Source: Dicyema japonicum (lineage: Eukaryota > Animalia > Dicyemida). Taken from it: 64,000 nt of DNA. The position numbers were made by a program, and so were the translations under genes. Position 1 is the first letter of the stretch; each line of letters opens with the position of its first letter. The notes beneath the pieces were generated by a model. The model did not search any database and was not told where the DNA came from. It saw only the letters and a program-made list of their open reading frames with translations. Location: positions 689,855 to 753,854 of the forward strand of contig RDEW01000017.1 of assembly GCA_011109175.1 (NCBI GenBank), read 5' to 3'. Of the stretch, positions 13,262-27,641 are shown one piece after another.

Positions 13262-13569
13262 AATGTACTACACCAACAAGAGACAAAAAAACTTTTAATT
13301 TAAATTCATTTAATAAAATTATTACTTTATTTATTTATTATAATGTGAATTTGAGCTATTGACTTGTCCAACTAAATTTTTAATTCCATCGCGTGGTGCT
13401 ACGTGGATAGTTTGTCAAAATTATTTTCCTTCCTTCCGATGGCGTCACTGGATCCACTTTACTAGTTAGCTAAGAAAATAATTTTTCCCATTTAACTTTT
13501 CGATCCGAAACAATAAATTAAAAATAATTATTCCAAATTCAATCGTATATACAGAATCATCTGAAATCA

Positions 13570-14390
13570 CAGAGATGGAGCATTTGAAGGGGATGATGCC
13601 TGAGCAGAAAGATCGTTACAGGACCATCTGCGAGGATAAATATGAGAGGCTTCTGAACCAATCAAACCAACACAGACGTGCATGTCTAGTCACTGGAAGA
13701 TGCGAATCGAGTGGCGCATGGATCAATGCACTCCCAGTTGGCAGTGTCGGGACCCATCTTGACGACGATACTGTCCGCATCGGCATCTCCACCAGACTTG
13801 GACTGGAGATTTGCCGGACCCACAAATGCCGATGTGGCGCAACCGTCGATTGTTATGGACTCCATGCCCTCTCTTGTCGAAGGAGTGCAGGACGATTCCC
13901 AAGACACAAGGCGATCAACGGAATTGTCAAGCGAGCCCTGGAGTCTGCGGGATACCCAGCCATACTAGAACCTGTTGGTCTGGACAGAGGAGACGGAAAA
14001 CGTCCCGACGGGATCACAATTTTTCCATTCGAAGAGGGGAAACCTTTGGTCTGGGACGCTACTTGTGTCGACACGCTTTGCCCGTCCAACATTGTCGGGA
14101 GCGCGGTAGACACACTGTATTCCGCGGAAAAAACGATGATGGCAAAGGAGAAGAAGTACGAAGCGCTACGCGACCGATTCGCGTTTTATCCGATAGTGGT
14201 CGAGACAACTGGAGGAATAAGTGGAAAATCGCTTCGCTTCCTAAAGAAACTTGGACGCTTAGCTACACTAAAAAGCCACGACGCACGTGAGACCCGGTGG
14301 CTACTCCAGTTGATCTCTGTTGCAATAGTGAGAGGCAACGCAACGTCGATAATGTCGGCGGGGTCCACTTTGGATGGATGGCAGTTTTAA
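13570..14390 (+). mobile_element. 5'-truncated CRE-like retrotransposon with an intact 271-aa C-terminal ORF
   Basis: SGAWINALP, CRCG...HALSC...RH zinc knuckle, DGKRPDG, WDATCVDT and IVRGNA. Confidence 0.9.
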
Positions 14391-14719
14391 ATATGATTTA
14401 CTGGGGATAAATTTGGAAATTATATTCTGATTTTGGATTAATATACGATTGAATTTGAAACAATAAATTATATCTGAAATTTCATATTTTAAACTTGTCA
14501 GTATATAAATTTCAAGTCAGGGATAAAAATCATTTACGTCCAGTTTTTATGTTTTTCAAACTTTCCACAAAAAACATGATAAAGTTCAACATTAATATAG
14601 CTGTTTTGATCTGGATCCACTCGCCTGCAAAAAGAATGTGGGAAGATGTCCCAGATACAAGACTCTAAGAGAAGTCATTAAACAATTTTTTTTATTTTTA
14701 AAACTACAAGACCACCATG

Positions 14720-15200
14720 AAAGAAAGTATTGACTCACTAATTAAGTGATTTCAGCCTCCAACATTTCTCGATTTTCCTCGAATGCTCCACTAGCGATCT
14801 AACTGCATTCCGAAAGTGTCTTCTTTTATGTCTGCAGAGGAATTCTATCGGATTATTGTCGATCTGAATTCCTCCGCATGGGCCGCTCTTTCTCTGAATG
14901 GATTTCCTAGCTCTTTGCAGATACCTAGGAAGCCCTGGACATTTCTAAAAGGAGAATGGGGATAAATATGGTTTCTGGTTGCATATGCTGCATGATATTC
15001 CGCCTGAGAAAGTTCATAGGCTCGAAGAGGGAAGAGAATCTCCAGACAGAACAGACATATTCAATTGTCGGCACAATAACTTGAAGATATAGTTTGCTGA
15101 TACAAACTGAGGTGGGAAGGGGCCCTTCTTTGTGATAGCTTTTAGAACGTTCCACTTTCGAAGCGCCTTGGTTAACAATTACTCCGTGTGACTAGAGAAA
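14720..15200 (-). mobile_element. Decayed APE-type LINE 3' fragment
   Basis: KLYLQVIVPTIEYVCSVW is an RT C-terminal motif. Confidence 0.5.
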
Positions 15201-15485
15201 AACTAACGTGGCGTCAAGGGTTTCACTTGTTGTTGTGGTGGCGCTCAGTGAAAGTTCTTCATGGAAAGAAAGGAGGAACAGACAAGCAAGCAGAAAATTT
15301 AAACCAATTAACCACGCGGCAAAATTCAATAAAATTCAGCCGCATGGTCCTCCAAATGATTGTTTAGCTATTAATTATGATTTTCATAATATTTTTTGTT
15401 ATTCTCAAATTTATTTTTGTAAGAATTAGTAAATTATTTATTTAAAATTTTATTTCACTTTGTTGTTCATTTCGACTTACTATCA

Positions 15486-16064
15486 ATGTCAAGCCTAATA
15501 TCTATAAATCCTTCAGATATATTACAATTTACTGGAAGTTGTGACAATGTCCAAAGAACATCACTTTCTATTGCTTCTCAGTTCTTGCCTGTTTTGTTTA
15601 AAATAAAAACAACTATTCCTAAAGAATATAGTATTCGTCCTTCTAAAGGCTTATTAACCAATTAAATCAAAAAATTGAAATAATTGTGACTTGGAAGGGT
15701 GGCTATGTCACGAAGACGTAAAAAATTGTTTATTATTTCTTTCCACTTCAGGTACTGATCTAGAAATTGATTGGGACTCTATTGCTATCGATTCCATACA
15801 AAGAAAAACTTTTTCGTAACTTTTTCTGAAAGAAATAATAATGAAGTTTCTACAAGTGAAATTAAAAGAAAAATTGAAATAGCGAAAATTAAACTTGAAG
15901 TTCAGACAATCGAAAAGGACTTTTTTGATTCACATTTGAGTATTTATCCTAAGGATGGTGATGAATCTAGATTAGAAAAAGAATGTTATTTGGATTTTTC
16001 ATTTTATTCAGCCGCTTTATTTTTATGCACTGTTTCATTCTTTATCGGATTTTTTTATCACTAA
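15486..16064 (+). CDS. VAP-like MSP-domain tail-anchored membrane protein; contains apparent frameshifts
   Basis: MSSLISINPSDILQFTG...VLFKIKTTIPKEYSIRPSKGLL matches the VAP MSP signature FK(V/I)KTTxPxxYxVRP. Hydrophobic C-terminal anchor FYSAALFLCTVSFFIGFFYH*. Confidence 0.7.
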
Positions 16065-17045
16065 TATATTGAAAGTAAAGTCGTTTATATTTGTTTTTGT
16101 AACTAAAAGTTTATTTATAAAGTTTATTTTTTTCATTTTTCACTTAATGGAAAAGTAGCGATCCCACTGTTTTGACGGGCTAACAATATTATATCATAGA
16201 TACGAATTAGAATAATTTTTGTAAATTATTATAATTGGTGGGTTCTTTAGTAAATAGAATTAATTTTGTAGTTGACTTATAATGGCATAGAATTGGATCA
16301 TCTGACAGTCAAAATATATGAGAATTTCAATTTTTGATAATAACATGATAACCTCACTCACTTTGATGACACTATTGCGAAAGTACTATAATGATAGATT
16401 GTAATTTAGATCATAATTGCGCATAATTAATAACAGTGAATATTATTTTATTTTAAATCACTATTCTTAAGCTGCTAATTCCGCCGAACGGATTAAAAAA
16501 ATCTCTGTGAATCTCTAATCTACCAAACGGAGCAAATTGAACGAGTATTCGCCCATGGCTTTTTTGAAATTCCTGGAGTGATTGCAGAATGGAGAAATGA
16601 CTGGTTAAATTTTGTAATGCTATCGCCTTTTGATACCCTTGTGAACGGAGATGGGTTTCATGGCGCCTGGATATTTCCATCATCCGGGAGCAATAGTAAT
16701 GTTTCTGTTTCCGAATAAATATTAATATTTTCTTAAAAAACTCATAAGCTACTTAGGTTTTTGAAATCTCTAGGTGCTTCACGTCTTTTTAGATTTTTTT
16801 ACTAATTAGACCTGTTATTCAAGTGGTTAGTTGGTCTGATGTTTGAAAAAAGATCCATAATTTCCCTACCCTCCGAACAGAATGGACCAGCAACTATGGT
16901 CTACACCTATGTGGAGATGTTGAATTTAACTCGGTAATTTAAAATTGTCCAATTAAATATCAGTGGAGTCAAAAACAAGACCATTGAACCGTGGAAATTT
17001 TCAAAAAAGACATGATATTGATCTCTTACTATCACAAGAAGAGGG

Positions 17046-17362
17046 AAAATTGAGAATTTGGACAATTTTGTATTCTAAATGATCTGACCCTTCAAATAAA
17101 AACGCCCGCCCAAAAATATGATAAATTATCATTTCCATATATGGCTTCCCTAATCAGCTGGTCTATCAAATACGACACGATGAGCACACTAACCCGATCT
17201 TTTCGAAGTTAAAACACGATCAAGTTCGTAAAAAGATCTGTCGATCCAAATCTATTATGGGAAGCCATATATGGAAATGATAATTTATCATATGTTTGGT
17301 GGGCTTTTTCATGTGAAGGGTCAGATCATTTAGAATACAAAATTGTTCCAATTCTCAATTTT
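17046..17362. mobile_element. Foldback/MITE-like element with ~105-bp inverted arms
   Basis: 17046-17150 is the imperfect reverse complement of 17259-17362, with a spacer of ~108 bp. Confidence 0.7.
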
Positions 17363-18365
17363 ATGACCTTACCAATTAGAAAGGCGCCACCTAATACGTT
17401 GATACATAATTAAACTCTTGGAAGTTCATAGTCTGATCTATATTGACTAAATTATCAAATATTTCAACAAGATTATCTGTTTTAACTAAGTATTATTTAT
17501 ACCATACACGAATTTTTCGAAAAACCACTAAGTCTACTTGAAAAAGAGTAAACCGTAAAATCAAATGACTAGATCATGTTTATTTGGTATAACGTCCGAC
17601 GAGCAATCTCATTGATCCGCAACTTGAGATTGAAGAGCCTTGAATCTACTACCATAAAAGAAGACATTGGAACTAGTACCTCTCATTCGAAATATCGGTC
17701 AGCATGAATGTCATCCCCAATTTATGAGAAAAATCATTCATTATACATGTACGCAAACCAAACAAACTGATCAGCGAGCCATTTTCCTATCGACTAATTT
17801 CCATACTATGTTCTCTTTCTCCAATATTAAGGAAATACTTTCAAAACGCATTTTAGATACTGACACTTCCGAATATAAAACTTTGACTGGTCGACTTCCT
17901 TGCTAATAATAAATATATTAAGCTTCTTTTAGCAGATTCTGCTCTTTGGGTTGAACCCAATCCTCTTTACCCGCTTCATTAGAATTAAGTCATTTATGGT
18001 CCTTCTCGGCTTAGGTTTATGAGTTCACAAGTGGAGTGGGCACTTCTCAGTGCAGTCCTTTAGTCGTTTCATTTAAGATACGAGTTTTCTGGCATTCGTC
18101 AGGGAAATCATCCCGTATCATTTCAATAAACATAAATTATTTTGTAATTGCTTCTGTTAAATGACCTAACTTAAAATAGAATAATCAGATCAATTCCGAT
18201 TAAAATGGTTATTAATTTGATCATAATTTCTAGGATATAATTATAGAACATTCTAAAATTATGTGACTATTAAAAATTAATTAACAAATAAGAATTGTCA
18301 ATAAAAATTAACGTCATGATTTGATTACTTTTATATAAATTGCATGTTTAATTAAAGTAACAGAG

Positions 18366-18725
18366 ATGAAGAGTTGTTTAGTTTTACTCATATTGGTAAT
18401 AAATTATACTATAGCTGGTAAAGTTGACTGTCTAAATTCGCTATCTGCAGATTCTTGTTCCAGATGTGAAAATCTGTTTAAATTGAATTATAATGCTTGT
18501 TGCTTAAATGAATACATACTTGATATATGCAATACTTGTATTAATGCGAATGATCAGATTAATTGTCTGAACTCAAAGAAACTACTCCTTGATGAAGCTT
18601 CTAAAGAAATTCAACCAAATATTAATGACTACAAATATAAATTGTTAGAGGCAATTTTAAATGAAGAATTAATATCTCTGAAATCAGACAATAGAAGGTC
18701 CCATTTACGGCAATATAATAATTAA
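18366..18725 (+). CDS. Putative secreted cysteine-rich peptide / prohormone (119 aa, intronless)
   Basis: Signal-peptide-like MKSCLVLLILVINYTIAG; 8 Cys spaced C-x8-C-x2-C-x10-CC-x8-C-x2-C-x8-C; dibasic KK and RR sites; TATA-like TATATAAA at ~18332. Confidence 0.65.
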   Translation: MKSCLVLLILVINYTIAGKVDCLNSLSADSCSRCENLFKLNYNACCLNEYILDICNTCINANDQINCLNSKKLLLDEASKEIQPNINDYKYKLLEAILNEELISLKSDNRRSHLRQYNN

Positions 18726-21399
18726 AATCCGTAGAAATCTTAAATTACTAAAATTCGTTAATTTCGTAAAATTAACTCTTGTTAATTAATGATTTTTTGT
18801 TTTTAATCTTTATTTGTGCTTTAGAGTTTAAAAAGTGAATAGATAATCGTTATTTCTTTCGTTTTTTTCCAGAAAAAAAGAGAAATCTATTTAAGGAAAG
18901 TATTACCCACGTGGAAAATTTTTCATCTGTCTTGAAAAAGGACTCCCCGACGGGTTCCTTTACAGAAATTCGAGGGAAAATTCTGGAAAAAGTGGGATCG
19001 TTGGGTGGCAATTCGAGGAGAGTCAGATGGAAGACTTGCCTTCGTGCGTCAATGATTAAATATTCTTACATAATTTAATCATGAATTCAAATTTAATTTA
19101 TTTTTTATTCAAAACATGATAATATAATCAAATTTTGTAAGCTATAAAAAGCACAGGATGAAAATTGAGAGGGTGAACTGGGATCACCTAATTAATTCGG
19201 TTATTATTACCTTCTTTCTCGGTGTTTCATGGGGTTATATAATTAACGCCATTTGCCGGACCGTACTTCACATTTTTATAATAAAACACATTAATTTACA
19301 TGATAATGAGATAATGATATCAATTCTCAGGATTAAAAATAATAAAAACTTAATTTTTGAAAAAAAAACAATTCATTTTTATGCCTATGTTTCAGGTTGA
19401 AAATGTCGTAGAATCTAAAATTAGGGTTTAGAAACATTTATGAATAAAATCTGTAGGGTTATTTTTAAGGTTAGGGCAGAGGCTTCAGAAAAATTATTTT
19501 CACGCCACACTAATCGTAGTTGGTTATCCTTTAAAACCAAATAAAATCTTATAAAAACTTGTCAGATTTCTGAAGTTGGCTTGTTGTTCTTGTTTCAATG
19601 TCAATTATTTACAAAATTGTAAGAAATATTTAAAATATTTGAATAAAGTGAATTACTTTTGACTTCGAATTAAAATACGTAAGTTTTTTTAGGAAAATTA
19701 GTGAAATTAGTAAAGCAATGGACGCTCACAATATATAAAATTAAAATAAAGCTATAGAAAGGAATAGTGTAATGATCTAAGCGACTTCCTATACGACAAT
19801 TCTGTGGAATCAAAAAAACTAAGCTTACATCAAAGTCCAAGACTTCAAATTTCAGGATTACTCTGTTATCCATTTCAATCACGATCTAACACGACTGGGA
19901 TGAATTCTTCAATCAAACCTGATCAGTGAGGAATGCAAATTATGCACGATATTGTGGATTTAGTTATTTTGAATGACATATATTACCACACTTGATGATT
20001 ATTTGGATACCTTTTTCGATATCTCCTTTTGTTTTCTTAATCCGACTCTCGACACTCATTGGGACGTTCTCAATGATCAGATCATAATCCAATTATGATA
20101 ACTATCGACCAACACCCCATGAAGCTGAGGAATTGGAAGCTATACTTACTATAAACGTTAAAAGTTTGATTCACATATGAAAGAGTCCGAACGCGTACTC
20201 GAGGATTTTTCTTATACAACCTTCCAATTTTCGAGTCCACGAATTGTCTAATTGTTGCAGAAAAATTTTCTTTCCATATGGTTTCACCACTAATTGTAGT
20301 CTTCAATCCCCTTGTGATTATTGACTGGTTCAATAAACATCAGAGGATCAACTCGATGTGTTCTTCGAAGAAAAATTTGAATCTATCTGAAATAAATAAG
20401 CAAATTGAGTATCTCACCCAAGAACACAAGAACAAAGAATAAAACGGCAATATTTCTACTCCTCATTTTGTAGTTTCCATTTTTGGAAACTTTTCAAAAA
20501 GATTCACTGGTCTGAACAGGTTTTTAGCTTTAGCCAATCAAATTGATAATTACGGATGGTATCTATGTTTTAAAAAATCAACAATCATTTCTATTTCGAA
20601 GCCTAGCAGCGATCTTTCCGATCACTCTACTTTTTCCCTCTTATCAGTTATTTTTAAAATGACAATCGGATTATTCTATTTTATCAAATCGTACCTGTCC
20701 TTTGCAGAATCCTACTACGAGTTTTGTGCTTTCCACAATTCGAAACATTCTAAATTTGCCGCGGTTGGATTTGATATCCACAAATCCCCAATTACTTTCG
20801 CAATTAACATAAGAAAGAATTCAACAGAGCATTTAAAAAAATCCTCAACACGGATATACCTTCAGATAAAGGCTCAATTACTCCTTTTCCTCTCTGGCTG
20901 TATTGGACGTTCCAATAACACGTTAAAGACCTTCCTCAAGGCTTGGTTCTCTTTTTGGCCTTATTCACTTGCACTTATTAAACTTTTTGACTAACTCGAA
21001 TACACTACTAATTTCATATGCTGATTGAAATGTGATTTTTTTACTATCATCATGATATTGCCATCCTTTCTTAATTTTTTAACAACACCGTGATATTATT
21101 TCCTTTTGGAATAACCTTAATCTCTTTAGCCATTCTTCAGCCAAGTCGCCTGTAACCCTCATCACTACAGATCATCAGTTTAACATAGAACCAACATTGT
21201 TTCTGAACAAAACTCCGCTTCTTAAAAAATATTTGATTCTGGGCGCAATGCATGTCACATACGTATGCAAAAAAATCTCTGAGGCTGGTAGGTCATTTGG
21301 CCAGAACAAGGAAGGATAAATAATTACCTAGAAGCAATTCATTAGACGACAATGAACTATGGTATTATTTTCTATGGTTTTTGTTTATCAATAACAAAC

Positions 21400-21720
21400 C
21401 TCAATAAAACCAAAAAAAATTTATATCTAACAATCAGTAACTTTTCTCGCCTACATGTTCGCCAACCTCCTTAGGCAGATTCAATTTCGGTACTGAAACA
21501 ACTCCTTGTCGAATTGAACCCTCTGCCCATATGGCATCTCAGGGCTCTGGCTCCTATACTCCAGTATAAGGCTATCTAGGTTTTGCTTTTAAAACAGTGG
21601 ACTGTAGGTAGGCCTGGAGCTTCCTATCTACTCCTAACTGTCTTAGATAACCTTTGTGGTACTTCGTTGCAATTCTCTCCCACGTAAACACTATTGGAAT
21701 AACGAGGACGTAATTACTAT
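21400..21720 (-). mobile_element. 3' fragment of the R4/Dong-like family seen at 8377-9659
   Basis: The reverse complement matches 9345-9660 (TKYHKGYL..LGVDRKLQAYLQSTVLK). Confidence 0.8.
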
Positions 21721-21749
21721 TTACTTAATTATAGAGACCAATGTTAAAC

Positions 21750-23740
21750 CAAAAAAACTAAGTGATCCTGACGAATTGAGCCTACACAAGTTCGCTGCGG
21801 GCGACCACTTCCTTCTTGGCATTGGTGTCCTTTTTTGTTTTTTTCAATTATGTGTCTCCAAGGGCGTCGGTGATTTACTATTTTCCCCTGTATACCATTT
21901 TTCAGTTAGTTTGAAGGCCCTTTTCTTGGTTGTGGAGATTTTCTGAGTGATCGTATAAGAGGCCAATGGTCCCCATGAAGCACACGCATATGAAATGCAT
22001 GGTTCGATGTACTGTGAGAAGAGCGTTTTAAGTATAGGGTAATGTCCAATTTTCCATAGACCTGTTAGCCATTTCAGAAGGTTGATTTTCTTCCCACATT
22101 AGTTCAGCACGTTAGTAACGTATCTCGAAAAATTTATATGCGTATCGAAAGTTAGACCCAATATTTTTTGCCATTTGCTGAAAGGCGATCCTCTTCCTTC
22201 CGCAGTAACTTTTATTGTCCTGTTCGACAATCTTTTGTCCGAGGTATAGAGTTGTAACAGATTTTTCGGTGTTGATATCCGATTTTCATTAAACCATTCG
22301 AGTAGTCGCGAGGTGTTGTTGTATCCTTACCGTCGCTGTTTGGATGTTCTGATCCCATGAGGACAAAACGATGTCGTCTGCATAAGCGAGAAGCAGGTCG
22401 TCTTCTTTATTCAGCGTTGGAATGTCAGTCGTAAATAAGTTGAATAAGAATGTGATAGCGGCGAACCCTGGGGTACTCTATTTGAAAATAAACGGGAGAC
22501 AGAACAACTGTTTCCAATGCACACTCTTCCTCTCCGTCTGCTAAGGAAGTTAGTTAGCCAGAGTTTGAGGTTTTCAGGGATATCGGATTAGTAGATTTTC
22601 AATGTTAGTCTAAAGCTTTGTGGATGTCCAGTGAACATAACACAGTTTTCTTGTCTCTTGTACAGAAATCCAGAGCGAATAAAGTTAGTCAGGGAGCTGG
22701 AAGTTTGTTGTGGACCGATCCTTTTTGAAACCATACAGGAACGGTTTATCGGGAGTCCTTTCAGTGATTTTTACGAGGATGAGCTATTCCAGAATTTTTT
22801 ACATGAAGCAAAGGAGAGAAATAGGCCTGAAGGAAGCTGGGTCTTCTTTCGGTTTTCCGGGATTCAATATTGGGCGGATGTTTGCAAGTTTCCACATCGT
22901 TGGGATTGAGTTATAGTTAATCAACCAGTTTTAGATTTTGGTCAAGGTATCGATTCCCTCATTACCTAGGTTTTTCAAGAGAATTATGGAATTACTTTTT
23001 TATGGCTTAGAGATACCATTACCTTTTTTCAGTGAAATAAGTTAATTGATCCCTTTTCGGTTTTCTTAGCGGCGGTTTGGATGGGTCAGTCCTCATATGG
23101 TTTTTGTAAGAGATTTTTAGTAGTATTTTATTAAAGCGTTTAGGTCCTTTTCGCTGAATTCGTCATTTCCGGGTGTCCTCTCATACACTTTCGAGATATT
23201 TCGAATAGTTTTCCAGACCGGTTACGATATAATAACGTAAGGACCATCTTCCATTTTCCTCTTTGTATTTTGAATTCTTTGGCTTTTATTTCCTCGTTCA
23301 GGACTTTAAGACGGATCCTTGCTTCGGAGGAACGGATCCCTGCTTTTTGAGACGGTTTCTTTCCTTGACCAGAGCCTTCTTTCCGTACTCACTTGTGTAA
23401 ACGGCATATCTTTCACTTGTGTAAACGGCAAATCTGACAATCGGTTTCGCCTCTTTACCATTTTTGCATTCAGGACGACTAAAAGACCTCTTCTTATGTC
23501 CTGGTCCGCTCACGAGTTCTGCAGCGTATCAAAGACATCTGATGGGTTTATTCACTTTTGGTTGTGGCTTTCCTGTAGGCAACCAGTTCCCTTCAATTGA
23601 ACGGTCAATTGTGGCTCAAATTGAGGTCCGACAGTATGATATATTTCTATTGCACGAAATTTCTTATCTTTTCATGACGGATGAATGCTATTGTGTTCCT
23701 TTTTTGCGCATGGACGAACTCGGGAGATATTTGAAACCTA
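21750..23740 (-). mobile_element. Degenerate APE-type LINE (GIT-hairpin family)
   Basis: VPQGSPLS and LLAYADD RT motifs; the 3' region matches 4880-5400; the ORF remnant ends ...agg atc act tag (R-I-T-stop) near 21760-21771. Confidence 0.75.
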
Positions 23741-23879
23741 TTTTTAACTATTATAACCCCAAGATCACTGAGGGAAACCTATTTTTAACTAAGAATTATC
23801 AGATAATTTTATTAATTTAAGTTTCAGTTCAAATTAAAATATATATGTTAAATAAAATTAATTACAGTTTGATAAGTGA

Positions 23880-25166
<1,287 letters not shown>

Positions 25167-25309
25167 CTATCCAACAATGATTTTACTAACTTATTAACTA
25201 AGATTCGGCTTAATTCGTAATTGTTCAATTCTTTTTTTGACTTTTAATTTTTTCTAGTTTTTAAAATTAACATTTGTTTTTTTTAACAATAATTTGATTA
25301 ATCAATTGG

Positions 25310-27400
25310 ACCCCGCCGACAAAATTGGCGCACCGTTGTCTTTACTATGGCAACAAAAATAAACTGGAGTGGGCACTGTGTTTTACGGAAGTCATAACTT
25401 TTGAGTATACTAGACGTCTTAACTTCTTGAGAAAATGCTGATGTTTCTCGTTTATCATACTAATAATAGCTTCCCATCCTCGAAGGAAAAGATTGTAATT
25501 ACTCCCACCCTTATTTTGTCTCCTATGTTCAACCCGATCGGTTCCACTATGAAGGGATGTCTAGAAGACTCTAAAGCATGCACGAGGGAAATGCCCTCTG
25601 TCTCTTGGCAACTGCTGTGTAATTTGCCTTTCTTTCCAGTAACCACATTATTTACTCCCGACAGAAAATTAAGCAGAATGACGGCGGAGCTAAAAGTAGA
25701 TAATACCGAAATCCCATTTAGCAAACACCAGAAAATAAGAATCACATTCGACATGCACATGTGTTTTTCACTGCATGTCGAAAAAACAATTATCAAATGA
25801 GAGAAAGGGGCTAACCTTCTGAAAAGCTTCTCAGGGTTATGGAAAGGCGGAAACCATCAAGTCCTGAACTTCATCTACAAACAGTACATCGAACCATGCA
25901 TCTCATGTGAGTGTGCTTCCTGGGGCTCGTTTATCTCTTGGAAAAATTCAATGAAAATTGAAGCCATTCAAAAAGGGCATGTAAAGTTACAGAGCGATAG
26001 ACTTCTGGAAAAGTCCCCTCTCCAAGAACTCTGATTTTCCTAATCCGCATAAACAGAAGAGCGGCCCGTGCGATTACGAGCATCCAACTGTACGGGCGAT
26101 ACGTGCTTGCGTGGGCTCGAGGGAGTAACATCTGTCAAGTTGAGGTCACTGTAGGAGCATGTTGGAATCACTTGAGTAGTTAGTTTGGTTCTACAGTGGT
26201 CTTTGAAATTTTTCATTTCTATGGACGATCGCTTCAATTATGTTTCGGTCTAAAGAGAATTACTAACTGGCTTTAAGCTAAAGTGTGTGATCGTCTCAAC
26301 TTTTCTGTATAGAGATGAGAAATTGGTGGATTTCCATTCTTAGAGGTAAAGAAACATAGTGATATAGGTTAAGATTAAAAAGTGTGGAGTCCCCAAAAGC
26401 TCCGCAATAAACCTCTTAATGACGATTAAGCAGCTAACACTGGTCCTGTGTTCTAATCCTCCTGTTGGCTTCTTGGTTGAAGATTTCTCTTCCTCTGCCC
26501 CCTCCTCTTTCCTTGTTCTAGTTGAGTAGAGTCATGCGATTCATCTATCTCTGGTTGCGCCGGTGCCAGGGTAGCATGAAAAGGATCATTTGCTCTTCCC
26601 CACTCCACTAAACGGTTCACACAACTGCAAAAACTAGTTAAACTCCTTAAATATATTGAAAAGAATCGGGCATAGGACAGACCACTGAGTTAAAGCATCT
26701 GTTTAGATGGTTTTTAGATATCTGGTTATTTTGAGGGCAGTGTTCTGAACTCTGGATTTTCTCGAGGTTTTTTGAAGATATACAACTTCCCCAATCAGGG
26801 ACAGAATATTGGTTGTTATCCAAATAAACTGTTTATGAGACAAGTAGAGCCTAAAAAGTGCTAGGCTCTAATTGTTCTGACAAAAAGAAGTGTCAACCAT
26901 AGCACGTAGCATTTTAAATTTCTTCTGAGTCTTATCAAACATCTACATCCTTCGAAGCAGACATGGATTGATCAAAAAGCAGAAAAAATATACGGGAGAA
27001 AAGATCTTGCTCAGTACACATGTCAATATCCGGTAAAGTTTTGCTGATGTCGAATGAAACAACATGAGTTCGCTAGGAAGTTTGCGATTGTTAAATCTAC
27101 CAACGATGAATTGAGTAAGGAGTGAAGTAAATTGTTTTGTAGCAGAAAACAAAGCCCATGTTGAGATTCAGCAAACGGTAGGCAAGTTTGAAGAAATTTA
27201 ATACACTCGTTCTACGTTTTTACACAACTGGTAAATAGGAAAAAGGATCGAAAGGGTAACGGATTTAGATGATCCAAGGTAAATGGACTGTTAGATGAGA
27301 TTGATTAATGCAGGAATTTTTTAGATGGCTAGACAATCGTTCTTCTCCATTTGAATTCACAGAGTTTGTGAAAAAATTGATGTAAGTGATCGGGTTACAA
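25310..27400. mobile_element. Cluster of decayed retroelement fragments: CRE-like RLE (-), APE-LINE 3' part (+), possible Penelope-like remnant
   Basis: ALESSRHPFIVEPIGL...ITIFSFEDGKL on the minus strand; 25660-25990 resembles 4930-5290; weak YTGE...RMKQHE near 26990-27070. Confidence 0.5.
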
Positions 27401-27641
27401 AGATTTATTCTGCATTTTTCTAAAAACGAACGTTTCGACGACGGACTTTATGATAATTACGTAACTACTTAAATTTCAACCAACAAACAAAAATTAGTTT
27501 CTCATTTATATGACAAAAAATTTCTTTTTCCTTTTGATTGATATTGAGGCTATAAATTCAGAATTGCTAATTCGCATTACAATATTTACTTAAATGACAA
27601 ATATTTTAGAGAAATTTAAATACAAGATAAATAAATACACG

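Noticed and set aside
18060-18120. Intact hammerhead ribozymes at CTGA(T/C)GA motifs (also ~5501 and ~58504)
   Set aside because: Stem II, GAAA and NUH cannot be assembled in the required geometry at any of these sites.
19421-19476. Telomeric repeat or telomere-addition site
   Set aside because: Only two or three scattered TTAGGG-like hexamers; no array.
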